A stretch of 64,000 nt of DNA from NCBI GenBank assembly GCA_964187785.1, contig OZ076409.1, forward strand, positions 45,634,001 through 45,698,000, in the 5' to 3' direction. The notes under the pieces were generated by a model. It was not told where the DNA came from, ran no database searches, and was given only the letters and a program-made list of their open reading frames with translations. Shown here one piece after another: positions 48,601-58,726 of the stretch (positions within the stretch are counted from its first letter, which is position 1; the number at the start of each line of letters is the position of its first letter). The position numbers were made by a program, and so were the translations under genes. Source of the stretch: Amphiscolops sp. MND2022. Lineage: Eukaryota.

Positions 48601-51600
48601 GGGTTTTGTTATTGCACTAAATTTTCGGAAAATTTCCAAAATTGTTACTTGGTTGTCGAAAATTGAGAAAATTCGGAAATTCTGACACCTTCGTTGTAAA
48701 GTCGAAGAACTTTATTGTACTTTCTTTCCCAAATTGCGTTTTGAATACCTCATCGTTCCAACGTTCAAGTAAATGGAATTTCTATTCTGGAAAACTTTCG
48801 TGGGTTGAACAAAAATTTGGATTGATTTGTCAAAAAAACATGCTTTTTTGTCGTTTGTTTGATTTTGGGTTGTTTTTGGGGCCAATTCCAAAAACATTGC
48901 AGTTATATCTTCAAAAATGCTTACTGGTTACCGGGATTAGTCATTACTGCGTTTTTTAAACCTCTTTATGCAAAGAAGTAGCTTAAAAGGTATACAAAAA
49001 GTGCATAAACTTTTTCAAAAAATTGAAAAATCTCAGTTTTTGCATTATTTGGGTCCTTCGGAGGAAACTTTCTGCCATATAATATGCAAACTTCTCTTCA
49101 CAAAACGTGCTGCGGACCTGATTTTACCATCTTAAGCTTTTAGAAGCTTTTATCTTTATAATTTTCCAATGTCAAAACTTTCTAGTCTCAAATAAAACTT
49201 CACTGGAAATGTCAAAATTGGCAAAAATTTCAACTTTTTGCAGTCAATTTTGACCATTTTCCAACCGAAGTCTGCAAATTTTTCCGCAAGAGCCTATTGG
49301 AATATGAGTTCAATCATTGTTGAACGTTTGCCAACATTCTGACTCCAAAGCGATTCAAAAAGTACATATAAGTTGCTTAAAAACGAGGAAATGTTGAACT
49401 TTTTCGATTTTTCGACTCATTTGGAGTCATTCTGGAGTGTTTTTGGAGCAATTCGCTGCAACGTACTCTTCAAAAAATGTAGTGCATAGTTTATGTATTT
49501 CCGTTTTGACTGTGTTAGAACTTGTAACGAAAGCCCTCGGAAATTGTACAGAAATTGCATCAAAACAACAAAAACTTCATATTTATCAACATTTTCTGAG
49601 TCAATTTGGGGCAATTTCTATTACAAATTGTATTTATCTCTCAACGAAAGCCCATTGAAACGAGGAGTCCTTCCATTGCTTAGGGCTTTCAACATTCTAG
49701 TCCACGAAGTCTATCGATAATTTGACAAAACCTGCATAAAAACATTGAAAATTTTGGGTTTTTTGTCTATTTCAGTGCCAATTTGAGAAATCATCTCTTC
49801 ATAAAACACTACTGCACAACAAATTTTTACTTTGATGTCTATTTTCAACATTCCAATACGCAAAGTCTGTCGAAATTTCGACAATTGCATAAAATTTTTG
49901 AAAATTGGAAAATTTTGGATTTTTGTCAAATTCGAAGCAAATTTAAAATTTTTTTCAACTTGAAAACCGCAATTAACATTTCGGAAAAGCCTACTGGACA
50001 ACAAACTTGTTCCTTGTTGACCGTTTTCAACATTTCAATCCGCGAAGTCTGTCATAAATTTGACAAAAACTGCATAAAAACTTTGAAAATAGGAAAATTT
50101 TAGGTTTTTTGTCTTTTTCGGTTTCAATTTGATATATTTTTCATTTAAAAGACAGCAATTATCTCTTCGGAAAAGCCTACTGGACAACGAATTCCTGCCA
50201 TGTTGAGCGCTTTCAACATTCTAATCCACGAAGTCTATCGAAAATTTGACAAAAATTGCATAAAAACGTCAAAAATCGAAAAATTTTGGAAATTTTGTCA
50301 TCTTTGGGGTAATTTTTCTTTTAAAAACCGCATTTATATCTTCATAGAATACTATTGGACAACGAATTCGTGCCTTGTTGAACGTTTTCAACATTCTAAT
50401 CCACGAGGTTTATCGATAAAAAGATAAAAATTGCATTAAAAACGTTGAAAATTGGGAAATTTTTGAATTTTTGCTATTTTCTGGGTTATTATGGGGTCAT
50501 TTTCGTCATTCCCAAAAAAGTCCAAAAATCTCTACAAATACATATCGTACGAAGCTAAATTTACGTGAGTTGAATTCTATGGGTAACGCCCTTTAAGGTG
50601 AATATAAATTTCGTTCTTTGCAAATTTTGTAAAAAAACCGTTTGATTTAAATATTTTCCTTTCCCATATGAAATATGGGCGGAAAATAACAAGGCAACAA
50701 AGAGATGATAATACAGGACTGGGTCATATACCTAGCGGTCAAAACTAAAAAAAAACTAAAAGTTATGATCAACTTAGATCAAGCGAGTAACATAGGTGCC
50801 TCTTATACATTAAACAAAAAGCCGTGAATGCTATTCGAGGTAACGGTTGCCTGCAGCAACTCTGGAATTTTTTAATGTTTAATATACTGACGATCGAGAG
50901 CCAATAGCAAGAGTATGAAATTAGTGACAATGAAAATAAACTGTTCTTATTAGACCTTAACATAATATCACTTTTTCAATTTTGATAAACCACTACTTGC
51001 ACTACTTGAAACTTGGTTAGTCGAGGAATATGACTGGAAACAAATTGGAATTGTTGGTTATCGAACCATGGAATCTATCCTTAAGGGAACCTTGGGAAAA
51101 AAGAAGCGGCATTGTTTTTTTTCAGTAATGATGATTCTTATGAAGCCGTCGAATTTCAGTGCAGAATAAAATGCGTCCTATAGAACACTAGATTCAATAA
51201 AAATTACTAGGAGTATCTGTACTATAAATCGACCGCAATCTAAAACAGGTAACTTTTTCTGAGGTAACTGAGAACGTCCCGGGATATTCTTGCAAAATGA
51301 TTTCATACCATTTTGGTGATTTTACCAAAGACAACTTGAAAAACCATATAGATAGAACCAAAACGTAACCTTGTTTGAGTCCTACAGGTTCAAAAGACAA
51401 AATTTCCTTATAAACCAGTTTGTCGACGAAATCGAAATCCTGCATCGAACTAGTAATCACTGGTTCTCCAATTGAAACGCGAACTTCATTGACTAATTCA
51501 GGCAATACAAGGTCCAACACATACCACTTCTTTGATGCGTAATCAAAGTTAATTTTGTCCAAAACAAAGGAATCTGATTGAACTGAGAAGCGCGAATTTT

Positions 51601-54600
51601 ATATGAGTTCTGAAATCTGGGTTTTAAATCTGGGTTCTGAGTTCTGAGTTTTAAATCTGGTTCTGAAACCGCAATTCTGGAGAATTCACGAAGTTACTTC
51701 CTACAAATTGAGAACACCAATGTGTTGAGAAAGTTGCACCTGAAGAGTGAAAAAAAACCATGAAAGTGAAAAATATTTGGATAAATGAAGGACTGATCAT
51801 TTTTTCGACAAAAAGGAACTATTTTTGAATGCCCAGTAAAGAAACGCACAAGTGATAAAAAAACTCCCAGAAATAGTTACACAAAAATTACACAGAGGCG
51901 AAGCCGTGCTTCGCAAACACTTGCGAACTTTTGAAGAAAACCAAATAAGCAATATCATACGGAAAACCAAGGGTAAAAGGAGATTAAAATTTCATCAATT
52001 TTACAGCGCCAAAAAATACTCGAAGGGATACGCATAAGCCTCGAAAACCATTCTTCCCCAACTGAAAACAGCAAAAAACCCATTCTTTCTCAACGGAAAA
52101 CCTTAAACAGAAAATAGAAGAAAAAAAATTCAAAATTTTTCGAAAACATTTTTGATGGTCTCCGGTAAGTCGCAAAGCCTTGAGGAGTCCTCTCGCAAAA
52201 CGTTTCGTTTCTTGTAAAAATTGAGCAGGGGCTTCGGTGAAAACAAATTTTAAAAAAGTCGCATAGAAAAAAGATCGGTCTTTAGAAAAACGGTCTTTTA
52301 AAACTAAAAATTGAAAAAAAATTTCCGAAATTTTTTGAAGTTACCGCTAAGTCGCATAGTGCCGAAAAATGTGAAAAAGGGACCCTTTAGGATTTTATAA
52401 CATTCGTTCTGTTGCAAGATATCAAAAAATTGAAAGGAGGACGCTTTGGGGACATTAAAAAATTTTTGAAAAAAATAAGGGAGTCTAAAAAATTTTTGAA
52501 AAAAATTAGAATTTTGAACAGTCTCATAGTGCCGAAAATTCTGAAAAAAGGGACCCTTTGGGATTTTTTAACATTCGTTCTCTTGCAAAATATCAAAAAA
52601 ATTGAAAGGAGGACTCTTTGGGGACATTTAAAAAATTTCGAAAAAAAGTCTCACAAAGCCGAAAAAAAGTCTCACAAAGCCGAAAAGTCTCATAGTGCCG
52701 AAAAAAGTCAGAACCTTCTGCTTCGGAATACTTGTAAAAAAATTAGCGCATACCCACGGGTTCGAACACGAAACCTCTTGGTTGAAAAGCAAGCATCTTA
52801 CCATTAGACAACGAACGCGTGAAACGTGCGAGTTGCCGCGTGAAATCAGAGTTGTCGCGCGGAAAAAAGCACCCGCACTTTCCCATAACACTGGCTTATC
52901 GCAAGTGTAATAAGCGCGAACGTAATTCCAAATATTTGGCTGATAATCCAATATCTGAAAGAATATACCGAAGATATAATAATTTCAGCGAAGATGCAAC
53001 GCGGTTAAAGTCAACTAACTGTCAACACCCCGGATGTTAACACGCTGAAAGCCTATTTCACAAACATTGGACCAGCTTTTGGGCTCAAAGTTCGATGAGC
53101 AACAACATAAAATCCCCCACATTCAACGCCATCTTAATAAGACGGTTCTCCGAAAAGTAACGATTAAGTTGAAGCTAATTGATGAAGAAAAGTTGGCAAA
53201 TAAGAAAACAAAAGAAGCACTACTAATGATGGAGTAAGTAATAATGAAAAATGCTGCTTACCTGTATTCGACTAATATTAAATCGAACTTTTCACTAAAT
53301 GTCCAGAAAGGAAAAAGTTCCGGAAATGAGATCTGCAAAAGTAGTTCTCTTCTCCAAAAAATGTGACTATCTTCACCTGTGCATAACATGCACATCACTC
53401 TCCTAAGCAGCTTTAGCAAGATTTTCGAATCATTTTTATGCAAACGATTGACATTTTTTCTCTCAAAAGGAGCTGTTTTCGAGAAATCAATCTGGTTGTC
53501 GAAAGAAATCGATCGTGCATCAAGACAATTTTAAATTTGCAGAAAATATACAAGTACAGTAGGACAAAAAAGACACCTTGGTTTCCTTAATATTAGGAAA
53601 AGCTGGTGAAAGAATCGACCTTTTAATTCCTTTGTGTGAATTAGAGAGATATATGGTCTTTAGGAACGACACATTCACTTATTGAAGAATACATCACAAA
53701 TTGTAGGCAATTTGTTACACTGATCGGGAAAAACGCATCTTGCGGCAAACAACCATGCTCCCCGAAGCTTAGTACTGGTCCCTTTATTGATAGTATGCGA
53801 ACGCTTGCGAGGCTACAAAGTCGACACTTTTCGCTGATAATAGATTTTTGTATTAAAATGTGGAGATCGCTAACGTCGAGAAATGGCTGAAAGAAAAACT
53901 CAAACTAACTAATTAGTAATGTGAATCAATAGGCATAGGAATTACAAAACCTATTTCAAACAACAAAACGTCGCGCAAAAAATCTTGGAGCATAGATGGA
54001 CAAAAATATGAATTTCAAAGACCCCTGCTTACGCAAAATCAATCATGGATTACGGCATTCTGAGCTACGGTGCAGCTAACAAACCAACTTAGCGAAAACT
54101 ACTTTGACACAACGAAGAATATTGATATTGAGGGCATGTTTCAAACGAAACGGACACCCTGGTATCTACATATAATGAATTCCAGTTTTTAACAGTATAT
54201 GAAACATAAACATGGGATTTTTGTCACGAAGTAATCAGGCAGATAATAAGTAAAAACGCAAGCATTCTGGAGTTGAACGAGGATCCAAATTCTTCTACTA
54301 GCAGCAGAGAAATCAAGAAATTACTTCCTTCCTCGTATAAAAGAACGAAAGGAAAAATATCTGAAAAGGCGAATAAAAGTGGAATACGAATACAACTAGC
54401 GCAAAGCACTGAAGATATCACCAATGAAATTGACAGTCTTTAGATAAATGAAATTGAAGGTATTATAAAACGCATCAGTTACATTAACATCGTCGACAAT
54501 ACAGATCTGTTTCAAATGTTTCACTGAGTAGATTTTCTTGAGAGGGCCTCCAAGATAATCACTTGTTGCCTATCCCTCTAACTATCGATCAAAGTCACAA

Positions 54601-56510
54601 TTCATCTAGCTGAACAGCGTTTTTGTGTACCTTTGTGGATGTCTTGCAAATACTTTTCTAAGCATTGTTTTTTTATCGAAGCATTGAAATAAACTTTTTT
54701 CGTTTCTAGTTGAGAGCTAATTTTTCAACAATTATCAAATTTTTATGCTCTCTTGATGATTCTCCGTTTCTAAAAAGTAATTAGAAATGAAAATAATCTG
54801 TTTCAGGCAAATCGGGCTCAATTTTCGGAGACGACGAAGCTGCTGCTGGATAAAACTGAAAATTATATATTCGAGAGTCGTGGCCACATTCCCATCAAGG
54901 TACATGACCAATAAACGCGAAACTTCATACGACTAACTTTCACAAAGAAGTTCTTTTTTGCAAAACTTTTCTTACTGTGGTCTTCAAGTCAAACCTCAAA
55001 AACTCTTTCGAAATTATGATCCGTCATCAGAAATAACACGAAAGGTTCATCAGTTGTTAAAATCATGCAGAGTTTTTGAGAAATGATTGTAACCAATAGC
55101 CATGACGTTGGACAAAAAAGTAGCTGTTTTTCGTTTCTTTCAAGATATTTTCAAAGTAAAAATTATTCTCCGCGACTCTGAGAAGGTAGTTCTACCCTTT
55201 CATTCACCACGTAAAATTGAATTGAATAAAAATCTTCACAGGGATAAACGTGGAACAACGAGTTTTCATTGTTTACAAGCTACCTTTGATGTGCAGGACT
55301 CTTTTTTCAGGGTAAGGGTGACATGAGGGTGTACTATCTGCTGGGAACCCACAAGAAGATGAAATACTTGGAACAGCTGAAGGTCATTGTGATCCAGTCG
55401 ATGAACAAACAGCATGAACAGGATGTGCAGCTCATGTTGGCAGCCCAAGATACCGAGGAGGCCCCTCAAAAGGAACCGGAACCGAGCAAAACAGAAGCGA
55501 AAGCTCCTGAGACTAACAAGGCTCCTCCAGCCAGCGTCAAAGCAGAAATCAAACAGTTAGCAAAAGTAGAACAAGATGTTTGAGTTAATTAGAGAAAATC
55601 AAAGTATCTACTTTCACTTTTACGATAATTTACTATTTGCTATTGTTCAGAAAATAAGCTATTGTTCAAAAAATAGGTATTTCCAGCAATACACATACCA
55701 GCTATGAAAAATATATAAGGTACTCAATGATACGCAATAGAAACTCCAAGGAAAATCACAGTTTTTCAGAAGCAAATTGTGTACTCAATGAAGTCAAAAG
55801 TTGAGTGACATCTGTTACTATTTTCGTCCATATTTCATACTTGGAAAAACATTGATCACCCAATCACGTTTTTTAAAGTTTTGGTCATTGGCAATTTACT
55901 AGATTTTTTGATAGGTAGCTTAGTCGGTTAGTTACACGCCTTGCCAGGCAGTAGAACATGGGTTCGAATCTTGCCATACAAATTTATTTTTTTGTTTCTT
56001 TGAAACATCACCTAGTGGAAACAAGCAAGCATCACATGTTAATTATCAACTTCAATGTAGTATCCAGCTTTAATTGCATCATTAGGGTTTTCACTACTTT
56101 TCAGACCGGAGCCACCGAAGCAAGTGACCAAATTGGAAAAGGTGGAGAACCGCGATGAAATGGCTGAAAAAAAGATCGAGGCTGATATGAGAGACAAAGA
56201 AACTCGACAGCTGACAAAACAAAATGAGAAAATTCCTCCCATTCCGGTCAACACAAACGTTGTGAAATGTGCACCTGAGCAAAAACCGATGAAACATAAT
56301 ATTGACAATGAGAAGGAGGAACACGCTTTCAGTCCGAGAGAAAAACCTGTGAATGAAAAGAAAGGCAGAGAGACTGGCGAACGAGGAGCAACCAGAGATC
56401 AAAGTCTGGAAAAAGATGTGGAGCCGAGATACGATCAAGTTGATTGTCCAGTACAATTGTTCAACATAAGCACACAAACAAGAGGCAAAGAAAACACGGA
56501 CAATGGTTAG
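8919..56510 (+). CDS. gcy: Soluble guanylate cyclase (atypical/beta-type, H-NOX-PAS-CC-cyclase), 13 exons, about 804 aa
   Basis: Phase-compatible GT-AG exons: 8919-9038, 9652-10100, 32233-32446, 33873-33942, 35879-36005, 36899-37028, 37586-37732, 44380-44526, 44855-45011, 45375-45484, 54807-54899, 55311-55555, 56105-56510. Motifs: [62 protein letters not shown]. Confidence 0.93.
9608..9642 (+). repeat. (TTTC)n microsatellite forming the polypyrimidine tract of exon 2
   Basis: Tandem TTTC run just upstream of the AG at 9650-9651. Confidence 0.9.
9652..10100 (+). CDS. sGC exon 2 (H-NOX heme-binding domain)
   Basis: [10 protein letters not shown]...GLDNLHAYF...[18 protein letters not shown]..., ending AG|GTAAAA (phase 2). 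Confidence 0.93.
11823..14275 (+). mobile_element. Solo LTR (2453 bp) with 5-bp TSD TCCCC
   Basis: TCCCC at 11818-11822 and 14276-14280, termini GGTCAC...GTAACA. It splits a HINE copy and carries ORF 13891.., which is open to the LTR end. Confidence 0.8.
13891..14275 (+). CDS. Probable gag N-terminal segment inside the solo LTR
   Basis: [11 protein letters not shown]...[24 protein letters not shown] is open until the LTR boundary. Confidence 0.5.
14860..15110 (+). mobile_element. Degenerate non-LTR (LINE) reverse transcriptase fragment
   Basis: [23 protein letters not shown] near 15040-15108 resembles the LINE RT LGPxLFxxYxNDL motif. Confidence 0.55.
15130..17262 (+). repeat. Tandem LTR/3'-internal duplications upstream of element 2
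   Basis: Diverged partial LTR at 15130 to about 15825. 15830-17040 copies about 30074-31285 (3' internal, PPT, partial LTR from 16266). 17047-17262 repeats the 3' internal region and PPT again (997-bp period). Confidence 0.85.
17263..18293 (+). repeat. 5' LTR of element 2
   Basis: TGTCATGCCC...TTCTGACA followed by the PBS; homologous to 30510-31559. Confidence 0.9.
17985..24280 (+). pseudogene. Disrupted gag-pol of element 2
   Basis: Many short ORFs with stops and frameshifts: [63 protein letters not shown]. Confidence 0.88.
25200..28700 (-). pseudogene. Decayed antisense BED-finger/hAT-like cargo gene of element 2
   Basis: Minus-strand remnants [35 protein letters not shown] (about 27880-27985), AIGGLDPY (about 27010-27035) and ESYRPW (about 25640) parallel element 1 motifs. 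A GTGAGT donor lies at 27529-27524. Confidence 0.55.
30510..31559 (+). repeat. 3' LTR of element 2 (contains gag-start ORF 31231..31503)
   Basis: Direct repeat of 17263-18293, ending TTTTGACA. Confidence 0.9.
32233..32446 (+). CDS. sGC exon 3 (PAS/H-NOBA start)
   Basis: ttttacAG|G, then ...[25 protein letters not shown]...LTWET|GTCAGA. Confidence 0.9.
33285..33773 (-). mobile_element. HINE/Helentron-like repeat copy
   Basis: Reverse-complement tail (aagtcggcgctatatctaaggctcaaaa) at about 33300 and head (cactgtaatagtcggg...caccgactaaaa) at about 33726-33773. Confidence 0.7.
33873..33942 (+). CDS. sGC exon 4
   Basis: tttt[25 protein letters not shown]+A|GTAAGC. Phases 0/1 fit the neighbouring exons. 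Confidence 0.8.
35879..36005 (+). CDS. sGC exon 5
   Basis: ...[30 protein letters not shown]. Confidence 0.9.
36899..37028 (+). CDS. sGC exon 6
   Basis: [30 protein letters not shown]...ELRK|GTAAGT. Confidence 0.9.
37586..37732 (+). CDS. sGC exon 7 (coiled-coil helix)
   Basis: [55 protein letters not shown]. Confidence 0.88.
38278..44121 (+). mobile_element. Intact young Ty3/Gypsy (Mag-like) LTR retrotransposon (element 3)
   Basis: 190-bp LTRs at 38278-38467 and 43932-44121 differ at one position. TSD ATTAT, PBS TGGCGCAGTC at 38468 (tRNA-Ser-like), PPT GAGGAGGGGGGAG, single intact ORF. Confidence 0.97.
38506..43794 (+). CDS. Gag-Pol polyprotein (1762 aa): gag, two Zn knuckles, protease, RT, RNase H, integrase
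   Basis: [42 protein letters not shown]...CPSC, LDFAGP, TDNG, VER. Confidence 0.96.
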   Translation: MENTSGSDPTAVNQTTVERTEKNKYKIPILSDRETDLSKANPKMWWEQISEYIDLTYQKKLEELLENGTDSIDPHTTYHIKGDVIWALGPKAKHEIMRGQWGKELKDISLQELLKLFKKTFLPARNIFHSRAQFFNIKQEEGETLDEYWKKLVDIERKCEFGNITPEDIITYKFAASINDKKARDKFIKGPLKLQLVLETIELDNYNRKYGDKPSHSKRQRKNSSENTSEDEQVGYTKPAAKRKNTFTGKKKNSEQNCHFCGKSNWTPEHICPARKAKCNNCRKSGHFARVCRSKTVNLVHEEETDGSTESWPEIDHIQSVNGINRVDFYKAILLVEGQPIEFVIDTGSPVTIIPPIINPKGIKQTTKCFVDVNKNPIKFRGEAMVEVKTEKTQVTLPILITEKKNTQPLLGLDWLDKLEIGLQGSRETNIIRNISTNGKGERIFEDFGKLFKTNHTIKDLTIEIQLKKDAKPIQQKGRPVPIHFQKIVKNELDKLIEKGHLEKADKTTENCFVSPAVITIKKDKSVKIALDSRKLNESCIKRKATMPNMEELISQISAKITQSDGEIWMSKIDLDYAYGQAKLSAEASRHCVFSIIGGEFTGHYRFKKGFYGLADIPTVFQEHIDKVLEFKTPVWLDDIICVTNGTIEEHERELREVLTKLQEAGYRASERKTELFKKELTWLGYLINQNGVKPIQDKTDAITKLKAPTNTKELKSFLGSIQHLSKFLNNLSKKTDRMRKLLKKDVKWEWTKKINDDFEQLKKEITEAPCLAHFDPKKDNFITTDACNTGLGATLWQKENGAFRPVAFASRFLTDCERKYAINELELLGVLWGLEYFRYYVYGKRINLLTDHQALQPLLKRNRAHKQYSARLTRWLDRLSHFDVNVQYTAGKNIPLTDYLSRHPIVNELGTEELNANEEKEAEEEFVINQIYGLFEFNRTNGSITQYIKRPHSATNSGQSQCRARTREQNSRERSDQTFSSSDNTELIDNSKHLSKLTEMSKLEKVNGIDLQFIFKKRGHSPETGRLRTERLKLLQPNKTRIVGKGSENERIQDYRPTQQERKEIERINILIYNRFFNYCETIGTTPLKEFNENVHESWISNPSDNESHVSHMKTEKCPISVLKKFKRHESVNLIRLKQTAKLNTLPEDRNQKTAETIRRAEKDFALDLPLLVEETAQDTKILDAIIALEAGRAEDLFYPYRPHREHLGTRFGLLFYNDRIVIPETMRSTIIAMLHSGHVSVTKMDKSAEAFWWPGLHREIREKAETCPSCRTAGKNLKTQIPQTEVNRLEILTEPGQEIQLDFAGPIKSKSRGDVYILVAVDRFSKWPTAQICKRTDSRTVIKFLTKYCADNGTPRTIRTDNGSCFKSQEFKIYCKGENIKRIRSTPNLHTGTGLVERTIRTIKSLTRANLEDGLTFEESVTRAIKTIRQTVHSTLKMTPFQLHYGRKPRTPITNLIGQPTCLLTDWKKTLTNYILAQPAELQVYTIQDSDGELADYLVLNESRKRGRSVSGDFKNYKFFEKETKPNAMKCRFKTDKILTAAKETKHTITTTEGKLIHKKLASKPLKFQPSKKPDETRKPTTRCKRCGRFSNGDLCDTHKRLYHKQDDQKKATSAMTFPTMPAEQPKIIPDITTISTDSQSDHTEELPSTANIDPELTVTADIRYANGQPEEQKATDTPAISSPIGCSTERAPKRKTAGRDGTPTGSPNKTNSPAKRGLVDFGLERGENIENIEGDRGIRRSNRIKTAKRVVKMGGIEYF
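44380..44526 (+). CDS. sGC exon 8 (cyclase start)
   Basis: [55 protein letters not shown]. Confidence 0.92.
44855..45011 (+). CDS. sGC exon 9
   Basis: [32 protein letters not shown]...IEVKI+G|GTGAAT. Confidence 0.93.
45375..45484 (+). CDS. sGC exon 10
   Basis: [43 protein letters not shown]. Confidence 0.93.
46833..48119 (+). mobile_element. Two nested HINE/Helentron-like copies
   Basis: Heads ttagtcggcgcttcatgaagtgaaacgcgactattatagtg at 46833 and about 46886. Tails gatatggcgccgacttgggctggtcccggcttgtt (about 47473) and gatatgacgccgagttaggccggtcccggc (about 48117). Internal aaagggtccccctttcag repeats. Confidence 0.8.
49640..50470 (+). repeat. Degenerate tandem array, unit about 160-185 bp
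   Basis: ttcaacatt(c/t)(t/c)aatcc(a/g)cgaagtct...ttgacaaaa..tgcataaaaa recurs at about 49688, 49845, 50027, 50213 and 50388. Confidence 0.75.
52330..52720 (-). repeat. Internal tandem repeats of the HINE-like family (minus strand)
   Basis: Repeated agtc(g/t)catagtgccgaaaa...aaagggacccttt units, the reverse complement of those at 47700-47980. Confidence 0.6.
53860..54700 (+). mobile_element. Degenerate LINE (CR1/L2-like) 3' fragment
   Basis: [12 protein letters not shown] and TQRRIL near 54045-54125 resemble a LINE RT C-terminal region; aataaa at about 54688. Confidence 0.45.
54807..54899 (+). CDS. sGC exon 11
   Basis: [37 protein letters not shown]. Confidence 0.9.
55311..55555 (+). CDS. 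sGC exon 12 (cyclase end plus tail)
   Basis: [12 protein letters not shown].... A phase-2 donor GTTAGC is at 55556; alternatively the frame reads through to the stop at 55583. Confidence 0.8.
55913..55977 (+). other. tRNA-derived/SINE-like degenerate sequence
   Basis: A-box-like TAGCTTAGTCGGTTAG and B-box GGTTCGAATC at tRNA-like spacing; no convincing full cloverleaf. Confidence 0.4.
56105..56510 (+). CDS. Putative sGC exon 13 (charged low-complexity C-terminal tail)
   Basis: ttttcAG|A CCG GAG is in frame with ORF 56124..56510 and phase-compatible with exon 12. It may instead splice onward at GTTAGT 56506. Confidence 0.55.
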
Positions 56511-57988
56511 TGATACAAATTCTGTGTGAAGTTGAGAGAAATGAGACAATAAAATGGGGTTCCAAGTACAGTCGTGTGTTCACCTTGGTATAAAGCCGTG
56601 ACTTTTGTCGAACGATAATATAACCGAATGGTAATATAGAAGAATGTGCATGTATTGACTCTCAATTACTCTGATCGGTTGCAGCAAAGTTACACAATGA
56701 TTTCATCATTCAAAGTGTCCGATCATAATTGAGAAATCAATTATTCTTTTATAGGTTCACTTATGCATTACTACCGTGCAGCTATACTCCCTATCACCTT
56801 TACCTTTTAGTTTTCGTTTGGCCTACCAGTTAACGCGGATTTCTATGATTGGCCACGGTGCCTCTGAAGCAGGAGTTCAAGGGTTCGGTCTCGCATTAGA
56901 CCAAAAATGTTTAGAGCTTGCAAACAGAGGACAGAGCAAATTGCCCCTTCTTGGGTTTTTTGACACTGTGCGGCTTTTTAAAATGATTTTAAGCCTCTTT
57001 TAATTTTTAATAGGAAAACGAGTTTCAAGAGCACATACGGCTGCCTTTAAGGTTTTCTAATGTGCGACTTATAAAAAAATTGCGAAAACAATTTTTTTAA
57101 TAAAATTAGTTGAAACTTCCCCACAAAGTTTAGTTTATTGAGGTTTTCTGATGGGGAAAACAGTTTTTCGCTGTTGGTTTTTGGTACTGTAGGACTGACG
57201 AAGATTTCTCAAGAATTGTATTCGAGTATATCGAAAAAAGCAACGCTTTTGTCGGCTCTGTGCAATTTGCTTTTTTCCTTTTCACCAGATCTTCACTGCT
57301 TCGGTCTTTTAAATGTTTCTTCTGGTTTTCTTTTACTGGTGCAAACATGAGATCTTTTTGGTCCAGCGTAGGATTCCAACCCACGTACGCCTGATTTCCA
57401 GCCATTGTCACACCCGCGGTAACCATAAAACCAAGTGGCAGGAGCAAATTGAGTACAGTTACAGAATTTATAGAAATGTGCCAGTTCGTTGGTCTTTAAA
57501 ATCACTCCTAAGTCTATGTGTTCAATCCATAGCGACAAATAAAAATTGCGTTTTCAAACCTGAAGGGTCGCAACCTTGGGAATTTTCGGCAGTGAGCATG
57601 ATATTTCGCCCGTTTCAGTTCGTTAACAAAATTCAGGTATTGTAAAATTAGTGACAGAGTGTATGTAGTAGCGACAAGAATGGGGTTTTTCCAAATTAAC
57701 ATTTTTTTTCTTAGATCTTGCAAAGGATACAAGGATAAGCAGAATACCTTTTTTAAATTGCCCTTCAGGACCCAATATACAAAGCTTGATCTGGTTTTCG
57801 GATCTTTAGACGCATTTTGGTTGAGACTATTTCAGTAATACTCAGTTTTCATAATAATATTTTTTTCCAAACACCTCTTAAAACAGTGAACGAAAAATGT
57901 CGCAGTGCCATTTTGGCTCTTGTTCGGAATTATTGTTGTTTTTGAAAATAATCAGTCGAACAATATCAAGCGTAAACAATTACTGTTT

Positions 57989-58532
57989 TTAGTCGGCGCA
58001 TTTTAGTAGAAAATGTGCCCGACTATTACAGTGGGTAGTTTTTTTTTAATAGACGCGTAAGGTCCACTTTTTTGTTCATTTGTTCAACAACTTCAAACCT
58101 CAACAACTTCAAACCCCAACAACTCCAACATCAGAAGCGCGTCCAAAACGAAAAGAAAAAACAAAACAGACATCCAAAGATCCCACCTTAGCCCCACTTT
58201 TTTTCGGCACTATGCGACTTTTTTTTGAAGTTTTTTGGATTGCATCAGAGGGTCAGAGGGCCCCTTCATTTGTTTCGATATTTTGCAACACAATGGATGT
58301 CAAAAAATCGCAAAGGGTCCCCCCTTTTACATTTTTCGGCACTGTGACACTGTTTAAAAATCTCAATAAAAAATTTTTTTTTGAGAAATTTTTCCATGTC
58401 TCCAAAGGGTCCCCCCTTCAATTTTTTAAAATTTTTTTTGCAACCAGCTGGAGTTTCACAAAGCCCGAAGGGTCCCCCTTTTAAATTTTGAGCCTTAGAT
58501 ATGGCGCCGACTTTGGCCGTTCTCGGCTTGTT
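57989..58532 (+). mobile_element. HINE/Helentron-like repeat copy
   Basis: Head ttagtcggcgca...cccgactattacagtg and tail gatatggcgccgactttggccgttctcggcttgtt. Confidence 0.75.
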
Positions 58533-58726
58533 TATTGTACATGTGAAATTTGTTTGCGTCCTTGTTTCATATTGGTTATGAAATTTTTTCAAGAACAGGA
58601 CACTTCTTTTCATCATTTTTCAAGAAGTCAACAGATAGCGTGAACGTGTCCGGACATTTGTCTCAAAATCACAAGGCCTTTCAGTCTCAGACATTTGAGT
58701 GCCGGAACAGCAGACATTTTAGTCAC

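Noticed and set aside
49640..50470. Regularly spaced repeats considered as a CRISPR array
   Set aside because: Whole 160-185-bp units are degenerate copies with no unique spacers, there are no cas genes, and the context is eukaryotic. This is a minisatellite.
48985..50598. Possible TTAA-flanked DNA transposon (ttaaaagg...cctttaa)
   Set aside because: The terminal match is too short to support boundaries.
51194..51562. 122-aa minus-strand ORF
   Set aside because: No recognisable domain or splice context; cannot be supported as a gene.
46919..58616. Numerous K/F-rich 60-135-aa ORFs
   Set aside because: They are translations of HINE-like and AT-rich repeats with no domain signal.
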